Positions 26,703 through 39,503 of a stretch of 64,000 bases of DNA are shown here, in pieces (positions within the stretch are counted from its first letter, which is position 1; each line of letters begins with the position of its first letter). A program made the translations under genes and the position numbers. Origin of the DNA: Entomortierella parvispora E1425 (Eukaryota > Fungi > Mortierellomycota); assembly GCA_020891255.1 (NCBI GenBank), contig BQFW01000004.1, positions 806,001 to 870,000 on the forward strand, read 5' to 3'. The notes beneath the pieces are model-generated. The model had not been told where the DNA came from. It did no database searches and saw nothing but the letters and a program-made list of their open reading frames with translations.

Positions 26703-28683
26703 ATGCTTGGTCTTGTATCAAACTCCCCTGGCCTCGCCGCCTCTGATGCCTTAAAAGTTGCAATCCCCATCGGTATCGGACTTGCATCGGCTGCGTACTT
26801 GACTATGAAGGCTGTGGCTAGTGACGGTTTTGGGTCTGACAAGGTAAGGGGGTCAGTGCGAGCAGTAGCGCTTCTTTGCATCAAAGTTTTGATTTCAGTT
26901 TTGAACGTCTTGGGGACTAAGGCCCATTGTTGTTGCTTTTTTCGTTCCGTATACACCTCTACAGACCATCCCCATTGCCTCCCTTCGAGAGGGTGACTCG
27001 ACCCACGACAAGGAATTCTATGAAGACCAAGATGCCTTCGTCGAAAGGTGTCAGGCCGAGAACGGCGACGTCTTTGGTGTCTACCTGATGAACCTGAATC
27101 AGATTGTGGTCTCGGGTCCCTTGGTACGAGAGATCTTCATGAACGAAGATTTCAATTTTGGAGACTCAGCCGATCAGCTGACAAGCATGCGATCCTTCTT
27201 GAGGCCCATGACCAAGGCCCAGGTCGAGTTCGATAGTCGAATCGTCCATGGGTTAGTACGGGATAATATCACCCCTCATCTTCCTCAGTATACGGCCCGA
27301 ATCGTATTGCAGCTAGAGAAGAACTTGGACATTGAGATGGCGAAATACAGGACCACCAACAAGAGAGAGGATGGGACCTTCCTGGTCGAAAAGCCCGTCA
27401 CCGTCTTGCAACAAATGGTCGCCAACGCCAGTACGTTTTCTTCTATTATCGCCCTTTGTTTGTCATTTTCCTATTTGATTTTGTTTATCCCTTACTTTTG
27501 TCGCTGCCGTTTTTGTTGGTCATTGATTGGTTTCTCCCTCTTTATTTTCCTTCAACAGTGGCCACCGTGTTTGTAGGACCCGAGATTGCCAAGGACCGTC
27601 ATGTCATAGAGACTTTTATCAGTGCCATGGCCGATTTAGCAAAGTTAGGCGGAAACGGTAAGGCGCGAAGGCACTCGGTTTGGAAGAACTTTGTCCGTCG
27701 AACCAAACATCGTATCCGGAGCCCACTTCAGAATCATATTCAAATCCTCGCGGAGGCTGCTACACCCGTCGTCCTCGAGCGCCGCCGACTTGAAAAGGAG
27801 GCCGAGGCCAAGGGTGAAGTGTACGAACGCCCAGACGATATCATGCAAAAGATGCTCGACAGCTTTGACAAGCATCACTTTGTGGACCTGGAGGATGTCT
27901 GTGGTTATTTGTTGTTTCTGATCCTGGCCAGTGTCCACACCACGACCGATACCTCGACCAACCTAATGTTCTACCTTGCGGCCTACCCTCAGTACATCGA
28001 GACGTTGTATGAGGAGCAGAAGGAGGTCCTGGACCAGATTCAGAAAGAACGCGAAGCGCTACGACAGGAGCTCTTGGCCAAGGGTGAAGCCATCGGCGAT
28101 GACTTAGACCCCAATGAAGACAGATTCTTATCGGCGGCCGCGATCAAGAGAATGGTTCACATGGATTCATTTGTCCGAGAGGTATTCCGCTGCAGAGCCG
28201 AATGCTTGACCTTGGGCCACAGAGCTCGAAAGGACGTTACTTTGTCGAATGGTATGGTCATCTCCAAGGGTCTTACGGCCATCATCAACATGAAGTCGGC
28301 CCATCAATCACCGAATCAAGGCGAAGATGTAACAGAGTTCCGTCCTTGGAGATTCGTCGGCAAGCCCAAAGCGGCCACGAAGGCGGCTGCAGATTTTCTG
28401 CCCTTTGGCATGGGAAAGTAAGTCTGGTGGATCATCCACATGGCGCAATGAGCTATGACTGCTAAGCAAGAAGCTGACCTCTTTCTCTCTTTTTTCCCTT
28501 GAACATAGGCATGCTTGTCCTGGACGCTTCCTTGCCATCCAAGAGCTCAAGACGATTGGTGTACTCATGATCTCTCGCTATTCCATGCTTGAAATCCAGG
28601 ATCCTTCCAAAACCAAACAGATTCTTCGCAGCCGCATCGGAACACCCACCATCTCCGGTCTTATTTTCACAGAGCGCAAATGA
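26703..28683 (+). CDS. Cytochrome P450 copy 4 (exons 26703-26843, 26965-27430, 27559-28417, 28509-28683)
   Basis: Same P450 motifs. Spliced frame is intact. Confidence 0.92.
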
Positions 28684-30368
28684 AACGTGGGACTCTCTCA
28701 ATAAAGACAAAAAAATGATGCCATGTGCCGTGGTCATTCATAACATACAACATATCGACGTCCAGTGCGCAGCGAAGACAGACTAAAAGTCGACTCGATA
28801 CACTCGTTTCCCTACTTTCACCAATTCGCCTTTAGACTGTGGTTCAGTGATGCTGGGCCATCATTCCCACATAGCCTAACCTTTCTCCCACCAATGTTTG
28901 TTGTCCAAGGTCACTCCAGAATAAACAAAACAAATGCCCATCCACAATTGTTTGCGCGAATAGGGTTTTGGGCGGCAGACATGGGCGCAACATCAGCAGC
29001 AAACACAGTAAAAGTGGACCAAGCGCGTCGAATTCGCGTCTTGACCACAGAAGTCAGGGATCTGTTCGTGGAGGCAGTCTATGCATCATTCGATAGTAAC
29101 TAGGCGCCAATGTTGCATCCTATCGCAACATCCTTGTCTGCTACGCGAAAACCGGTTTTGGGTCGGGTTCTTTCCAATATGTTGGTTGTGCCTCTATTGG
29201 GGAGTTGTTTTACACGCCCTTTTTCCCCTCCTCTCTCTCTCGCTGTCTCCGTGATTCGGGACTGGCGGATCGTCGTGTGGACAAACTGCGGGCTGTCGGA
29301 GACGTCCTTTTTCTGTTTGTTTGATCCTGCTACTCCGAGAACGCGATACTTGCGATTGAAAAAGGGAATTCAATAAGACGTCAGGGGGTTGCTGCCTAAA
29401 GAAGGAAACATCAGCCGAAAAAAAAGAGGAAATGCTGATGATGCCCACAATCGTCAACGTGTCAAACCGGCGTTTTTTTGAGAGACGCAGGAGTTGGGGG
29501 GGGGGGGGGGGGGGGGGGGGAAAGGGATGGGAGGATGAGAGGAAGGCAGGTTCTCAAGACCCAATGAGTGTGTTGTCAGTGCGGGCTGTCGGTGCGGTGC
29601 AGTGCAGGACGAATGAGGAGTGGAGGCAATTCAGGTCAGGAGAACGGGTCCTCGGCTTTCGCGTTTCTCCGGTTGGGCCGGATTGAGTCTCATAAGATCT
29701 ACTCTGCTTTTGGTTGGCGCTGAAGCACCCAATGATGCCCAAGAGGTTTTTTTGCCCCTTCATCCCCTACCCCCAACCCAACCCTCGGCCCCCACATCTT
29801 GGAAAATGAACAGGATGAGGTCAGGGCACCTTTTGCTTGATTCAGTTTTACTTTCCAGCTATGCCATGCCATGACAAGAAGGTGAGATCCACTCAATCCG
29901 TCCGTCCGTGCGTCCCAACCGGTTATTGGTAACGCCGAAGAGTGGCATTGGCTGCTGCACATGCGAATTTCCGAGTCCATTCTACTCCCTCTCCATGTCT
30001 GTCTCCTTAGCCGCTTCGACGGAAGATCATGCTTTTTTTTTCTTTTTCTTTCGTCGTGTATGAATCTGCTCTGCCTCCCAGCCCATCAGCCATCACCTTC
30101 ATGACCACCACCATCATCCCCATTTTATATAAAGGTCCTCTTTGTTTTCTTCTCCCCCTCTCTCACACCTTCTCACATCATCTTCACTGACAACAACAAA
30201 ACAGCGACAACAACAACAACACACCTCAAGCTGTAACAAACGGATTGGTGTCACCCACTCTTTTCCATAACAAACATCTCGCTCGGCGTCGAAAACATCT
30301 GGTCTTCCCTTGTCTTGACACACTTTCCCATAGCTCTCTCCCTTTTACTCCCACACACAGCAACAACC

Positions 30369-32397
30369 ATGCTTGGTCTTGTATCAAACTCCCCTGGCCT
30401 CGCTGCCTCTGACGCTTTGAAAGCTGCTATCCCCATCGGTATCGGACTTGCATCGGCTGCGTACTTGACTATGAAGGCTGTGGCTGGTGACGGTTTTGGG
30501 TCTGACAAGGTACGGAGAGAGGGGGCTGAGTTTTTTTTTGTGAGAGCAACAGTGCTTCTTTGCATCAAAGTTTTTTTTGTCTCCGAGGTCTCGAGAGGGC
30601 TAAAGCCCATTTTATTTTCACCCCCGTCACCTCTGTAGTCCATCCCCATCGCCTCCCTTCGAGCAGGTGATTCAACACACGACAAGGAATACTATGAAGA
30701 CCAAGATGCCTTCATCGATAGGTGTCAGTCCGAGAATGGCGACGTCTTTGGTATCTACCTAATGAACAAGAATCAGATTGTGGTCTCTGGACCCATGGTG
30801 CGAGAGGTCTTTATGAATGAAGACTTTAGTGCCGGTGACTCGATCGATGAACTGACAAGCATGCGGTCCTACTTCAGAAGCATGACCAAGAGCAATGCCG
30901 ACCTCGACAACCGAACCATCCATGAGCTGGTGCGAGACAATATCACTCCTTATTTGCCTCGTTACACTGCGCGAATCGTCCTGCAGCTGGAGAAGAACTT
31001 GGACATCGAGATGGCAAAATATGAAGCCACCTGCAGGAAAGAGGACGGAAGAATCCTGGTCGAGAAGCCCATCACCATCTTGCAAGAAATGGTCGCCAAC
31101 GCAAGTACGTCCCCACTGCCTTCTTGGTGTTTTTCTACCGTTTCTGTTGTCTTTTAACTGCTCCTTGGCTCCAAAAAAAAAAAAAAAATACTAACTGCTC
31201 TGTTTCGATTTTGTCCCTTGATTTCTGTCGCTACCGTTGTTTGTTCGTCACCGGTTGTCTTCTTTCACGATAGTGGCCACTGTATTTGTGGGACCCGAGA
31301 TTGCCAAGGACCGTCATGTCATAGAAACTTTTATCCATGCCGCAGCCGATTTCGGAAAGGTACTCGGAAGCGGTGAGGCGCGAAGGCACTCAGCCTGGAA
31401 GAGCTTCCTCCGCCGAACTGAACATCGGATCATGAACCCTCTTCATAAACACATCCGAGTCCTTGTAGATGCCTCCACACCCGTCGTCCTCGAGCGCCGT
31501 CGACTTGAAAAGGAGGCCGAGGCCCAGGGTCGAGTGTATGAACGCCCAGATGACATTCTGCAAAAGTTACTCGATAGCTTTGACAAGTACCACTTTGTGG
31601 ATCTGGAGGATGTCTGTGGTCATTTGATGATCTTGATCCTGGCCAGTGTCCACACCACGACCGATACCTCAACCAACCTTCTGTTCTACCTTGCGGCCTA
31701 CCCTCAATACATCCAGACGCTCTATGAGGAGCAGAAGGAGGTCCTGGATCAGATTCAAAAAGAACGCGAAGCGCAACGGCTAGAACTCTTGGCCAAGGGT
31801 GAACCCATTGGCGATGACCTGGACCCTAGTGAAGACCGGTTCCTGACGGCCGCTGCGATCAAGAGAATGGCTCATATGGACTCGTTTGTGCGTGAGGTAT
31901 TCCGCAACAGAATTGATCGTTTGACCTTGGGTCACAAGGCTCGAAAAGATATTACTTTGTCGAATGGTATGGTCATCTCCAAGGGCGTCACTGCCATCAT
32001 CAACATGAAGTCGGCCCATCAATCACCGAGTCAAGGCGAAGATGTAACAGAATTCCGTCCTTGGAGATTTGTCGGCAAGTCCAAAGCGGCCACGAAGGCG
32101 GCTGCAGATTTCCTGCCTTTTGGCATGGGAAAGTAAGTCCGGTGGATCATCCACATGTCGCAATGAGCTATGACTGCTAAGCAAGAAGCTGACCTCTTTC
32201 TCTCTTTTTTCTTTGAACAAAGACATGCCTGTCCTGGACGCTTCCTTGCCATCCAAGAGCTCAAGACGATTGGTGTACTCATGCTCTCTCGCTACTCCAT
32301 GCTCGAAATCCAGGATCCCTCCAAAACCACAAAGATTCTTCGCAGCCGCATCGGAACTCCCACCATCTCCGGTCTTATTTTCACAGAGCGCAAATGA
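30369..32397 (+). CDS. Cytochrome P450 copy 5, the most divergent (exons 30369-30509, 30639-31104, 31274-32132, 32223-32397)
   Basis: Same motifs and intact frame. Introns 1-2 and the 3' flank differ from those of the other copies. Confidence 0.92.
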
Positions 32398-32698
32398 AAA
32401 CGGAATCACACGTTCTCTCTCCTGTGGAAAATAAAAAAAGAAGACAAAAAGAACTATGTGGCCATCGTGTCACATCAATTTTCATAACCCAAGCTGCAAT
32501 GATATTCGCTATATATGCCCTTTATTGCAATTACATGCCCTCCACAATGACAGGATACTCCAGACTTTCCGTGGGAACCAAATTGGAAGGAATCTTTTTC
32601 GACTTTGTAAATTTTTTACGACAAAGCTTCAGATCGTTCGTCTGCACAAAATCCAAAAGCGCTTGTGTGGTGTGGTTCATCAAGTAAGCAAAAAGATC

Positions 32699-33790
32699 CT
32701 ACATCAAAACAAGAAGCACAAGGGAGGTGTTAGAGCTATTTGAGTTTGTGGATCGGACGCTGTGGATTTGATTGTAATATCTTACCATTTCCTTGTTCTC
32801 ACGACCGAAAGGCCCCAAAACCCATTGAGGGATCGTCATAGAGCTTCCTGATAGGGGCCGTCCGACGCCCAATCTGAAGCGGATAAAGTTGGTCGTGGCC
32901 AGGATTGCACCAATGCTTTCCTGCCCTTTTTGTCCAGCCAAACTCTTGAGGTCACCACCATCTAAGCAGGAAAATTCAAGATCCAGCCCTTTTAGTAAAA
33001 ACCCCATCACATAGGAGGATAAAACAATCCCGATCTTTTCTCCCTTCCATGTTACCTTGAATGGCCAATGATCCAGGCAGGGTGTTGATATCGTCCGAGA
33101 CGACAATGAGCTTCTTGGGGTCTGTGATCTGATAGAAATCCATAATTTTCTTGACTGCTACTCCAGATTCGTTCATGGAAGTAAACGGCTTTGCCAACAG
33201 TATCCGAAGCGAGTTCTAAGCATGGGTCATTGAACGTTTTTCCGCAGGCGTGAGTTCTCATGATCGAATCCACTCTCCCCTTGTCTCGTCAAATGAAAAT
33301 GTTCAGTCGTAATATACCGTGACGGAGCCCTTTTGGTATGTGAACACGACATCTTTTACGTCCGCTAATAGAAGAAGGAGCAGAGACACGTTCCAGGAGA
33401 GAGGTTAACATCCTATCAGATTAAGATGAATGTCTCCTACAGACCTCACAGACTTGTTCATCTTTGTACCTGACAAGTTCACTCGTTGCTGGAAGACGGG
33501 TGGAGTGCTCCATTTTTGATCCAGCGCCATCACATTGGCAAGGTAGTCGATGAAAAGGAAGCCAGCTAGGATGATTTCCCGTAAAAAGAAAAGACGTAGC
33601 TACGAACGGGTCAGCAATAGCCCTCTAACTCGCGTCACGACAGTTCGTGACATTGACATGACTCCCATGCCGCTTCCTAGTGGATTCATGTGCTCCATGC
33701 TGCATATATACCGTTGTGGCGAGTGGTCTTGAACTCTCGTCCTGGATTGCCCAGTCCAACAAGGAGATAGTCGACAGGTCGGGTTGCCAT
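32699..33790 (-). CDS. PTH1: Peptidyl-tRNA hydrolase (Pth1 family), multi-exon
   Basis: MATRPVDYLLVGLGNPGREFKTTRHN|AGFLFIDYLA; LLAKPFTSMNESG; VVSDDINT; GGDLKSL..FIRFRLGVGRP..QWVLGPF. Confidence 0.9.
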
Positions 33791-33967
33791 GGTGATGTTG
33801 TCCAATTGTCCAATGAATGCGAATGAAAGATGCAGACACGAAAGAGAAAAAAAACAGGGCCTTTTTTTGACTGCGGCGGTTCAGAAATCTTTGTACGCCA
33901 CCAATTGATTTTTTTTGCTTCAATGGTCGTGTGCCTGACATCTTTCTAGATATGTCTTCCATCAGTT

Positions 33968-36900
33968 CTACAACTCAAAGACGCTCACGACTGCACTAAA
34001 GTACGTCAACGCCACATCGTCCGGCTTGGCTTTAACCAAGCGCCTCATGACACCAATCTCGCCCGTGCCTTTCAGCTCACGCTCCACATCCTTTCCAAAT
34101 CCTTCCGTCTCCATCGCCGTCAGTTCGACCCGCAATCGATCCTGCTCTCCTTTCGGAGCTACATACTCCAGGTCGAGTCGCCATCCATCGCTGCGATAAC
34201 CGCCAGCGTTCCTAATCACATAGTGAGAGACTTGAGGGTCATCGCTGGATGACACGTCTCCCATTTTCTCAACCGACAAAAGGGGACTGGGCGTGAGTGA
34301 CCAGCTTCGGACTTCTGCATCAAAGCTGGTCACCGTCCAAATGAAGCTTGGGTGGGTGCAAAGCATTCGAAGCTTTCGAAGACCTGTGCTAGGATCAAAC
34401 GACACTTTCTCTGCTACAAGTTTTGGGGCATTCTGAACTAGGTCCGTCAGAGGTATGTGGCTGCCATCAGTGTCCACGGAAGTCACCAAGGTCGCATTAG
34501 AGGTGTGCTTGCGGATGAAAGGTGTTGTGTCCAGGACATATGAATCCAAAAATTGACTAAAAGGGTAAACAGAATTCCAATCGCCTGGGTTCTCGGCACC
34601 TGGACGGCTGTGTGCCTTGGCACCAAAGAGTTCCTCCAGATCTTTAACATATGGCTCGTAGAAGGGTCCTGGGTCCGCATGCGCCACGTACAGCAATGAA
34701 TCGCCTGAGGTGATGTTGCGTAGATGCTGGACAAAGATCCTCTTCGGGTGCATGGTATCAAACGGTGTCAAGGTAACCGCGCTGACGATCAATATCGCAA
34801 TCTGGATAGCCACCAAGGAAATAATGATCGTCTTGAGAACTCCTCTTCCAAAACGGTGGGCAAAAGCCAAGATGGGCGGGTTCAGTGAAAAGACGGCAAC
34901 TCCTGTCATTACGGCCACAATATGGTCCACAGGCGCATCCACTCCAATTCGACCCGTCAACGGAATGATGAGATCAAAGAGACTATACACCAGGTACATG
35001 TAGTAAACAGTCTGAATGGCTGACGCCACAATAAAGGTGCCAAAGTCCACACTTGTTACAGATGGCGCCTCCGATTCGGTACCGCGTTGGCTGCTCTGCG
35101 AAAGATAGTTGTAAATAAGCCCTAATGTGGGGAAAAGCGCGTACATGGCCAAAAAGTAGCTGCTTGCAATGCCCAGCATAGTCGTAAGCAGCATCGTAAT
35201 CACGTAGAACATTTGAATGCCAGAAAGTACACTCAATTCGTTGGCAGAGGCGCTCGCCTTTTTGTCATGGAACATCAATTGAGCCAAAAGCATGCCTGCA
35301 GCACTCGCGGGTCCAAATACTGCAACAGGGAGCCACTCATGAGAGAACCAGATCATACTTTTGTCCATTAACCGGAGTGTGGTCGAGCAGACGATTGGCG
35401 TCAGTGTAGCCATCATCATCGAAAGGACGACCGACATCAAAGACTTTAGCGTTGGACGAGAAGCTCCCAATGCAATGGTTCCGGCAGCCAAGAGCGCAAC
35501 GGCAATATGGGAGACTGTGGCTGCCTTCATGGAGTAAGAGACAAAGAATTGTCCAAAGACGTCAAAGTACACCACAGATGCCGTCTTTTCCATGTCTGAT
35601 AGATCTCCCTCCTCAGCCAGGAATGTCGCCAGAGCTAACGTATTCTCACCCAGGTGCTGAGGCAGGCCATACTCCATGTTTTGAGCCAAGTCGAGATGGG
35701 TATGATAAAGGTAGCTGTTTTTGTAGACTGCGAGGTCAACTCCAGTCAGATTTCCATAGTCGACAAACTGTCGGAAGTCCGTATCTGAAAGAATGACTCC
35801 GGTCTGGAAAATATCGTTGCCGATGACATTCCCGTGCGGATAAGGTACTTTTCCGTACGCGTCAATCATTGGCCTGGAGTTGGCCTGGAAAAGGATCTCG
35901 GGTCCTGTTGTGCCACAGCCCTCAAGGTTGATCACGGCCTTCACTGTGTCTTTCAGCTCGTGATTTGTGATGAATGAGTGCGAAGCGTCCTGAAGAGATT
36001 CCTCTCCGCCGTTGAACACTAAACGTCAGAGTCGAGTGCAAAGTTAGATGATAACGTGAAAGTTGCGGATTGTCCTTGAGGTCTCCTCCTTGAACATGAC
36101 CCCTTACAAAAGATCAAACTGTTTTTCTGAGGGGCCGGCCGTTGACTGATGATCCTGATGATTTCCAGCATGACTCCAACAGGCAGTGCATCATCCACGG
36201 CTCCTGGACTTCCCAGCGTTGTATCGTAATGGCCATTGAGCAGGATGGCGTTTTCATCACAGGTATCGCCACATGAAAGTCGGACGATAATGTTGGTCAT
36301 GTTGGTGTACATCTTCATCACGACTATTGCAAGAAAATACACAAATGTAGTTAGTGTCTGTGAGCCACAGTTTGTGGAGAGGCGCACGAGCTCCTCTGCA
36401 ATAATCCGGTTTGGAACCCTAGGTTTGAGTACCCAAAGGTTGGCCAATTTGTTGTCGATTCAAACTGTTGCACCAGCCTGGGACACAAGGTCGTTTGCGA
36501 TATTGCACGAGACAAGCTGTCACGGAGACGTGCATTGTTGATCGAAACGCCTAAAAAAAAGTTGATGTCGTCTCCTTTTCGCTGCGGCGTAAGGGAAAAA
36601 CCAAAATCATACTGGACGGAAGCAATTGCCGAGCCGTTATCCCGTACCTTTTGACATGAAGTCAAACTGATGCGAACCATCCGCTACTTGTGTCCAAACT
36701 TCAAACTTAGGGAAGAGATGGCCGTCCTCTAGCCTCAAAGCTTCTCTTTGGGCCTGGTCCTTCAAATCCTTGATGTATTTTTGGAGATAGACCTGCGTCT
36801 CCAAGTCTTGTTCGGTGCCCACAATTCTATAGCCGATTCCTTCCGAGAGGTCCGTCACGATCTTGCGGACATTAGCTTCTGAGAATCGATTTCGACGATT

Positions 36901-37206
36901 CGTTCGCGGGTCAGTTCCTTGCCCAGCGTCGAGAATGGGGGTTGGAAGGGTGTAATGGAACTGATATGCGATAAGGATGAGCGAGAAGAGAAAGCTGAGA
37001 TAGAGACTCCAGGCCGAGTGACTCTTTAGTTGGTTGAGTCTATACTGCACTCGCTGATGGGCCCTGCTTTGACCTTTATGAGAGTGGATACTACAGATGT
37101 CGTCCGGCGAGGGCTTGCTAGAGATATCTGAGGATGGGACAAGCAGTTCATTATCGGATTGATGGCGATGGCGCTGCTTGAGAGAAGCCGCATTTAGGTC
37201 TGCCAT
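33968..37206 (-). CDS. M28-family membrane metallopeptidase (ERMP1/FXNA-like)
   Basis: ILLNGHYDTTLGSPGAVDD; IFNGGEESLQDASHSF; VINLEGCGTTG; SDTDFRQF; YLYHTHLD; followed by multiple hydrophobic helices. Confidence 0.92.
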
Positions 37207-37685
37207 ATTCGTGGGCAGCCTGGGGGGTGGGGAAATATAGACGGGGAGGGATCAAAGGGTGAAGGGGGAAAGGAAGGAGAGAGAAGAAAGAGGAGAGAAG
37301 AAAGAGGAGAGAGAGTCTGACCTGGGGGCGATTAGCCTAAGATGTAACGTTGCACGCACGGGGTGCATTGTTGCGACCACAATAGAGGCAGAGGCGCGTT
37401 GTTGTTGGTGCCCGTGTATCTGTGGTTGGACTGGCGCTGGAGATAAGACGGTGCTCAGGAGGACATGGCATCCCCAATTGCTCTCCAGGTCGCCTAGGAA
37501 CGGCCAGCCCCCCTTGGAGCTCTCTCTTCCCTAACAACGCTATCCGCCGGATTCCCTCGTTTTGTCATCATCCATCTTCTTCGACAATGACGACTCCTGC
37601 CAATTTTTGTTTTTCACTTCATTCTTTCTTTTCCCCACCCTTCACGCATCAGCATCGCCACTGCCGCCACTGACATCACAAACAA

Positions 37686-37901
37686 ATGCACTTCTTTGCC
37701 ACAGCCGTTACTCTCTTGGCATCATGCCTCCTCTTTGCGTGGGCAGTGCCTCTTCACAGCCCTATCCAGGCACTGTCCACCGTTACAAAAGATTCTACAG
37801 GAGCCGTAGTGTCCTCGAACGACTACATCGCATCACACTCCTTGACCCTGATGAATGAAGAAGGCGACAGAGTTTCTGCACTACGCAAACGCGCAGACTA
37901 G
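37686..37901 (+). CDS. Putative small secreted peptide (71 aa)
   Basis: Signal-peptide-like MHFFATAVTLLASCLLFAWA|VPL and a dibasic RKR near the end, in an otherwise empty intergenic region. I recognise no homologue. Confidence 0.45.
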   Translation: MHFFATAVTLLASCLLFAWAVPLHSPIQALSTVTKDSTGAVVSSNDYIASHSLTLMNEEGDRVSALRKRAD

Positions 37902-39503
37902 GACCAAATCGGCGCAGGACAGACCCCGAGGATTCCCACAGTTGTCTTCCTTCCAAGGGTCCAAGCGCCACCGATGACCACGACTTGCTTTTGGACAGCT
38001 TGGGAGGAACAGGAGGAATAGGAAGAGAGCTTTTCGGATGCGCACTATCGTACAACAACAATGACCACGCGACCCGACCCAACAAGAACTGGATGGTATT
38101 ATTACTGCAGTTTATCGATGTCTGGGAAATAAAGGTTATTGTTCCCTGTAGAGCTGCAGGACGCAAGTGATGTTTGTGCTTGTGTTGCAAAGCGGGAGGC
38201 GGCTGCAGTAGCATCGGTGAAAGCTGTCTTGTTTGTTCTTGTGAACGCTCCTTTTCCCGACCATTTTAGTTTTTGATCCGCGACTTCCAGTACTGTAGTT
38301 CAAAAAGGCCCTGGGAGACCTTTGCCTCCGACAGGGTTGCACAAGAACAAACAATCGACAGATCAAGACAGGTGGGAAGACGATGGCTCTTCCCGTTTGC
38401 TCTGCTAAAAGACCACGACATAAAAAACAACCACCACCACCGTCCAGTTGAGGCTGACCTCTCCCATGACTTTACAGATCTGACGCAAACTGTGTCAAGC
38501 TCTTTCATGTTGTTGTGGTTGCTGTTTGTTGTCGTTGCTGAGTGAGCAAATGAGGGGAATGCCAGGTGGAGAAAAGATGGGAAAGAACGACGGCAGGAAT
38601 GGGTGAGAGCAACGTAACCCAGGGGTATGGGCTCAGTCGCAACGTGGGTGGTTCCATCTCTAACTCTGAGCTCTAAAACAAGATGTGAGGAAGTAAGGAT
38701 CCTGAGAAGGAGATCCGAAAGATCGAGGACGACAGTCTGAACATCCATTTTTTTTTCATGGCTCCCCTTCTTCTGGGGTTGTTCCTTGCCCTGATTCAGC
38801 TGTTTGACTGGATCCATTGCCTGGGTGAATCTCGTTGCATTGCTGATGGCACAGCATGGTGTGAGTCGAGCTCTGCCCCCAACACAATGCGGACAGGAGC
38901 GGAGAACGACCCTTTGTTCCTGTCTGCACAATGCATGGTGCTGACGAGGATGATGATGCTTGTTTGTTTGAAAGGGTGTTCGTACGACTTTCTTTATGTG
39001 TTCCTGTCATCCTGCAGAAGGGTAGGGACAACAAGGGACAGGCAAGAGAAAAATAACCCAAGAGAAGAAAACGTTGGGGCGACCATCTCCACATTACCTT
39101 TTCTTGCAGGCAAAAGAGCAAGAAAGAGAAGAAAGGGAACTCAGCCAGGGCACCATCGCGTCTGTCCCCTTGCTGTTTTCTCTTTTTTCTTTTTCTCGCG
39201 TATTTCTCCACAACCCCTCACTTCCTTCCTTCTTTCTTTCCCCCCCTCGTCTTCTTTTGCTTCTTTCCCTTACTCTTCTCTCTCTGGTCTGTGCCTGGGG
39301 CTCAATTCCACAATTCAACCCAACCTCGTCTTCTTTTTTCCCTTTTCTTCTTTCCTTGTCTCCTTCCTTCTCTTTCCCCTCTCTTTGTCCCACCTTCCCT
39401 CCTTCTCTGTGCCTGCCAACCCCATTTTTTCAGTCTTACCCACCGACCATCGTGCAGATCACCATCCTTGCTCTACATCCCAATCCACACTTACTCATTC
39501 GAC

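Larger units (their letters stand above)
14571..32465 (+). repeat. Tandem segmental array of five ~3.5 kb units (CRAL-TRIO 3' fragment + intergenic/promoter + P450 gene)
   Basis: P450 ATGs at 16230, 19756, 23202, 26703 and 30369 (spacing 3526, 3446, 3501, 3666). Spacers are visibly homologous (e.g. ggaccaagcgcgcgtcga; gtttgatcctgctactc; cgaatttccgagtccattctactccc). Confidence 0.95.

Noticed and set aside
29496-29520. Long G run (and many poly-T/A runs) as structural elements
   Set aside because: Simple homopolymers that vary between paralogous spacers and are prone to sequencing length error.
14571-32465. CRISPR array or transposon cluster
   Set aside because: The units are ~3.5 kb gene-containing duplications with no short repeat-spacer structure, TIRs, LTRs or transposase.
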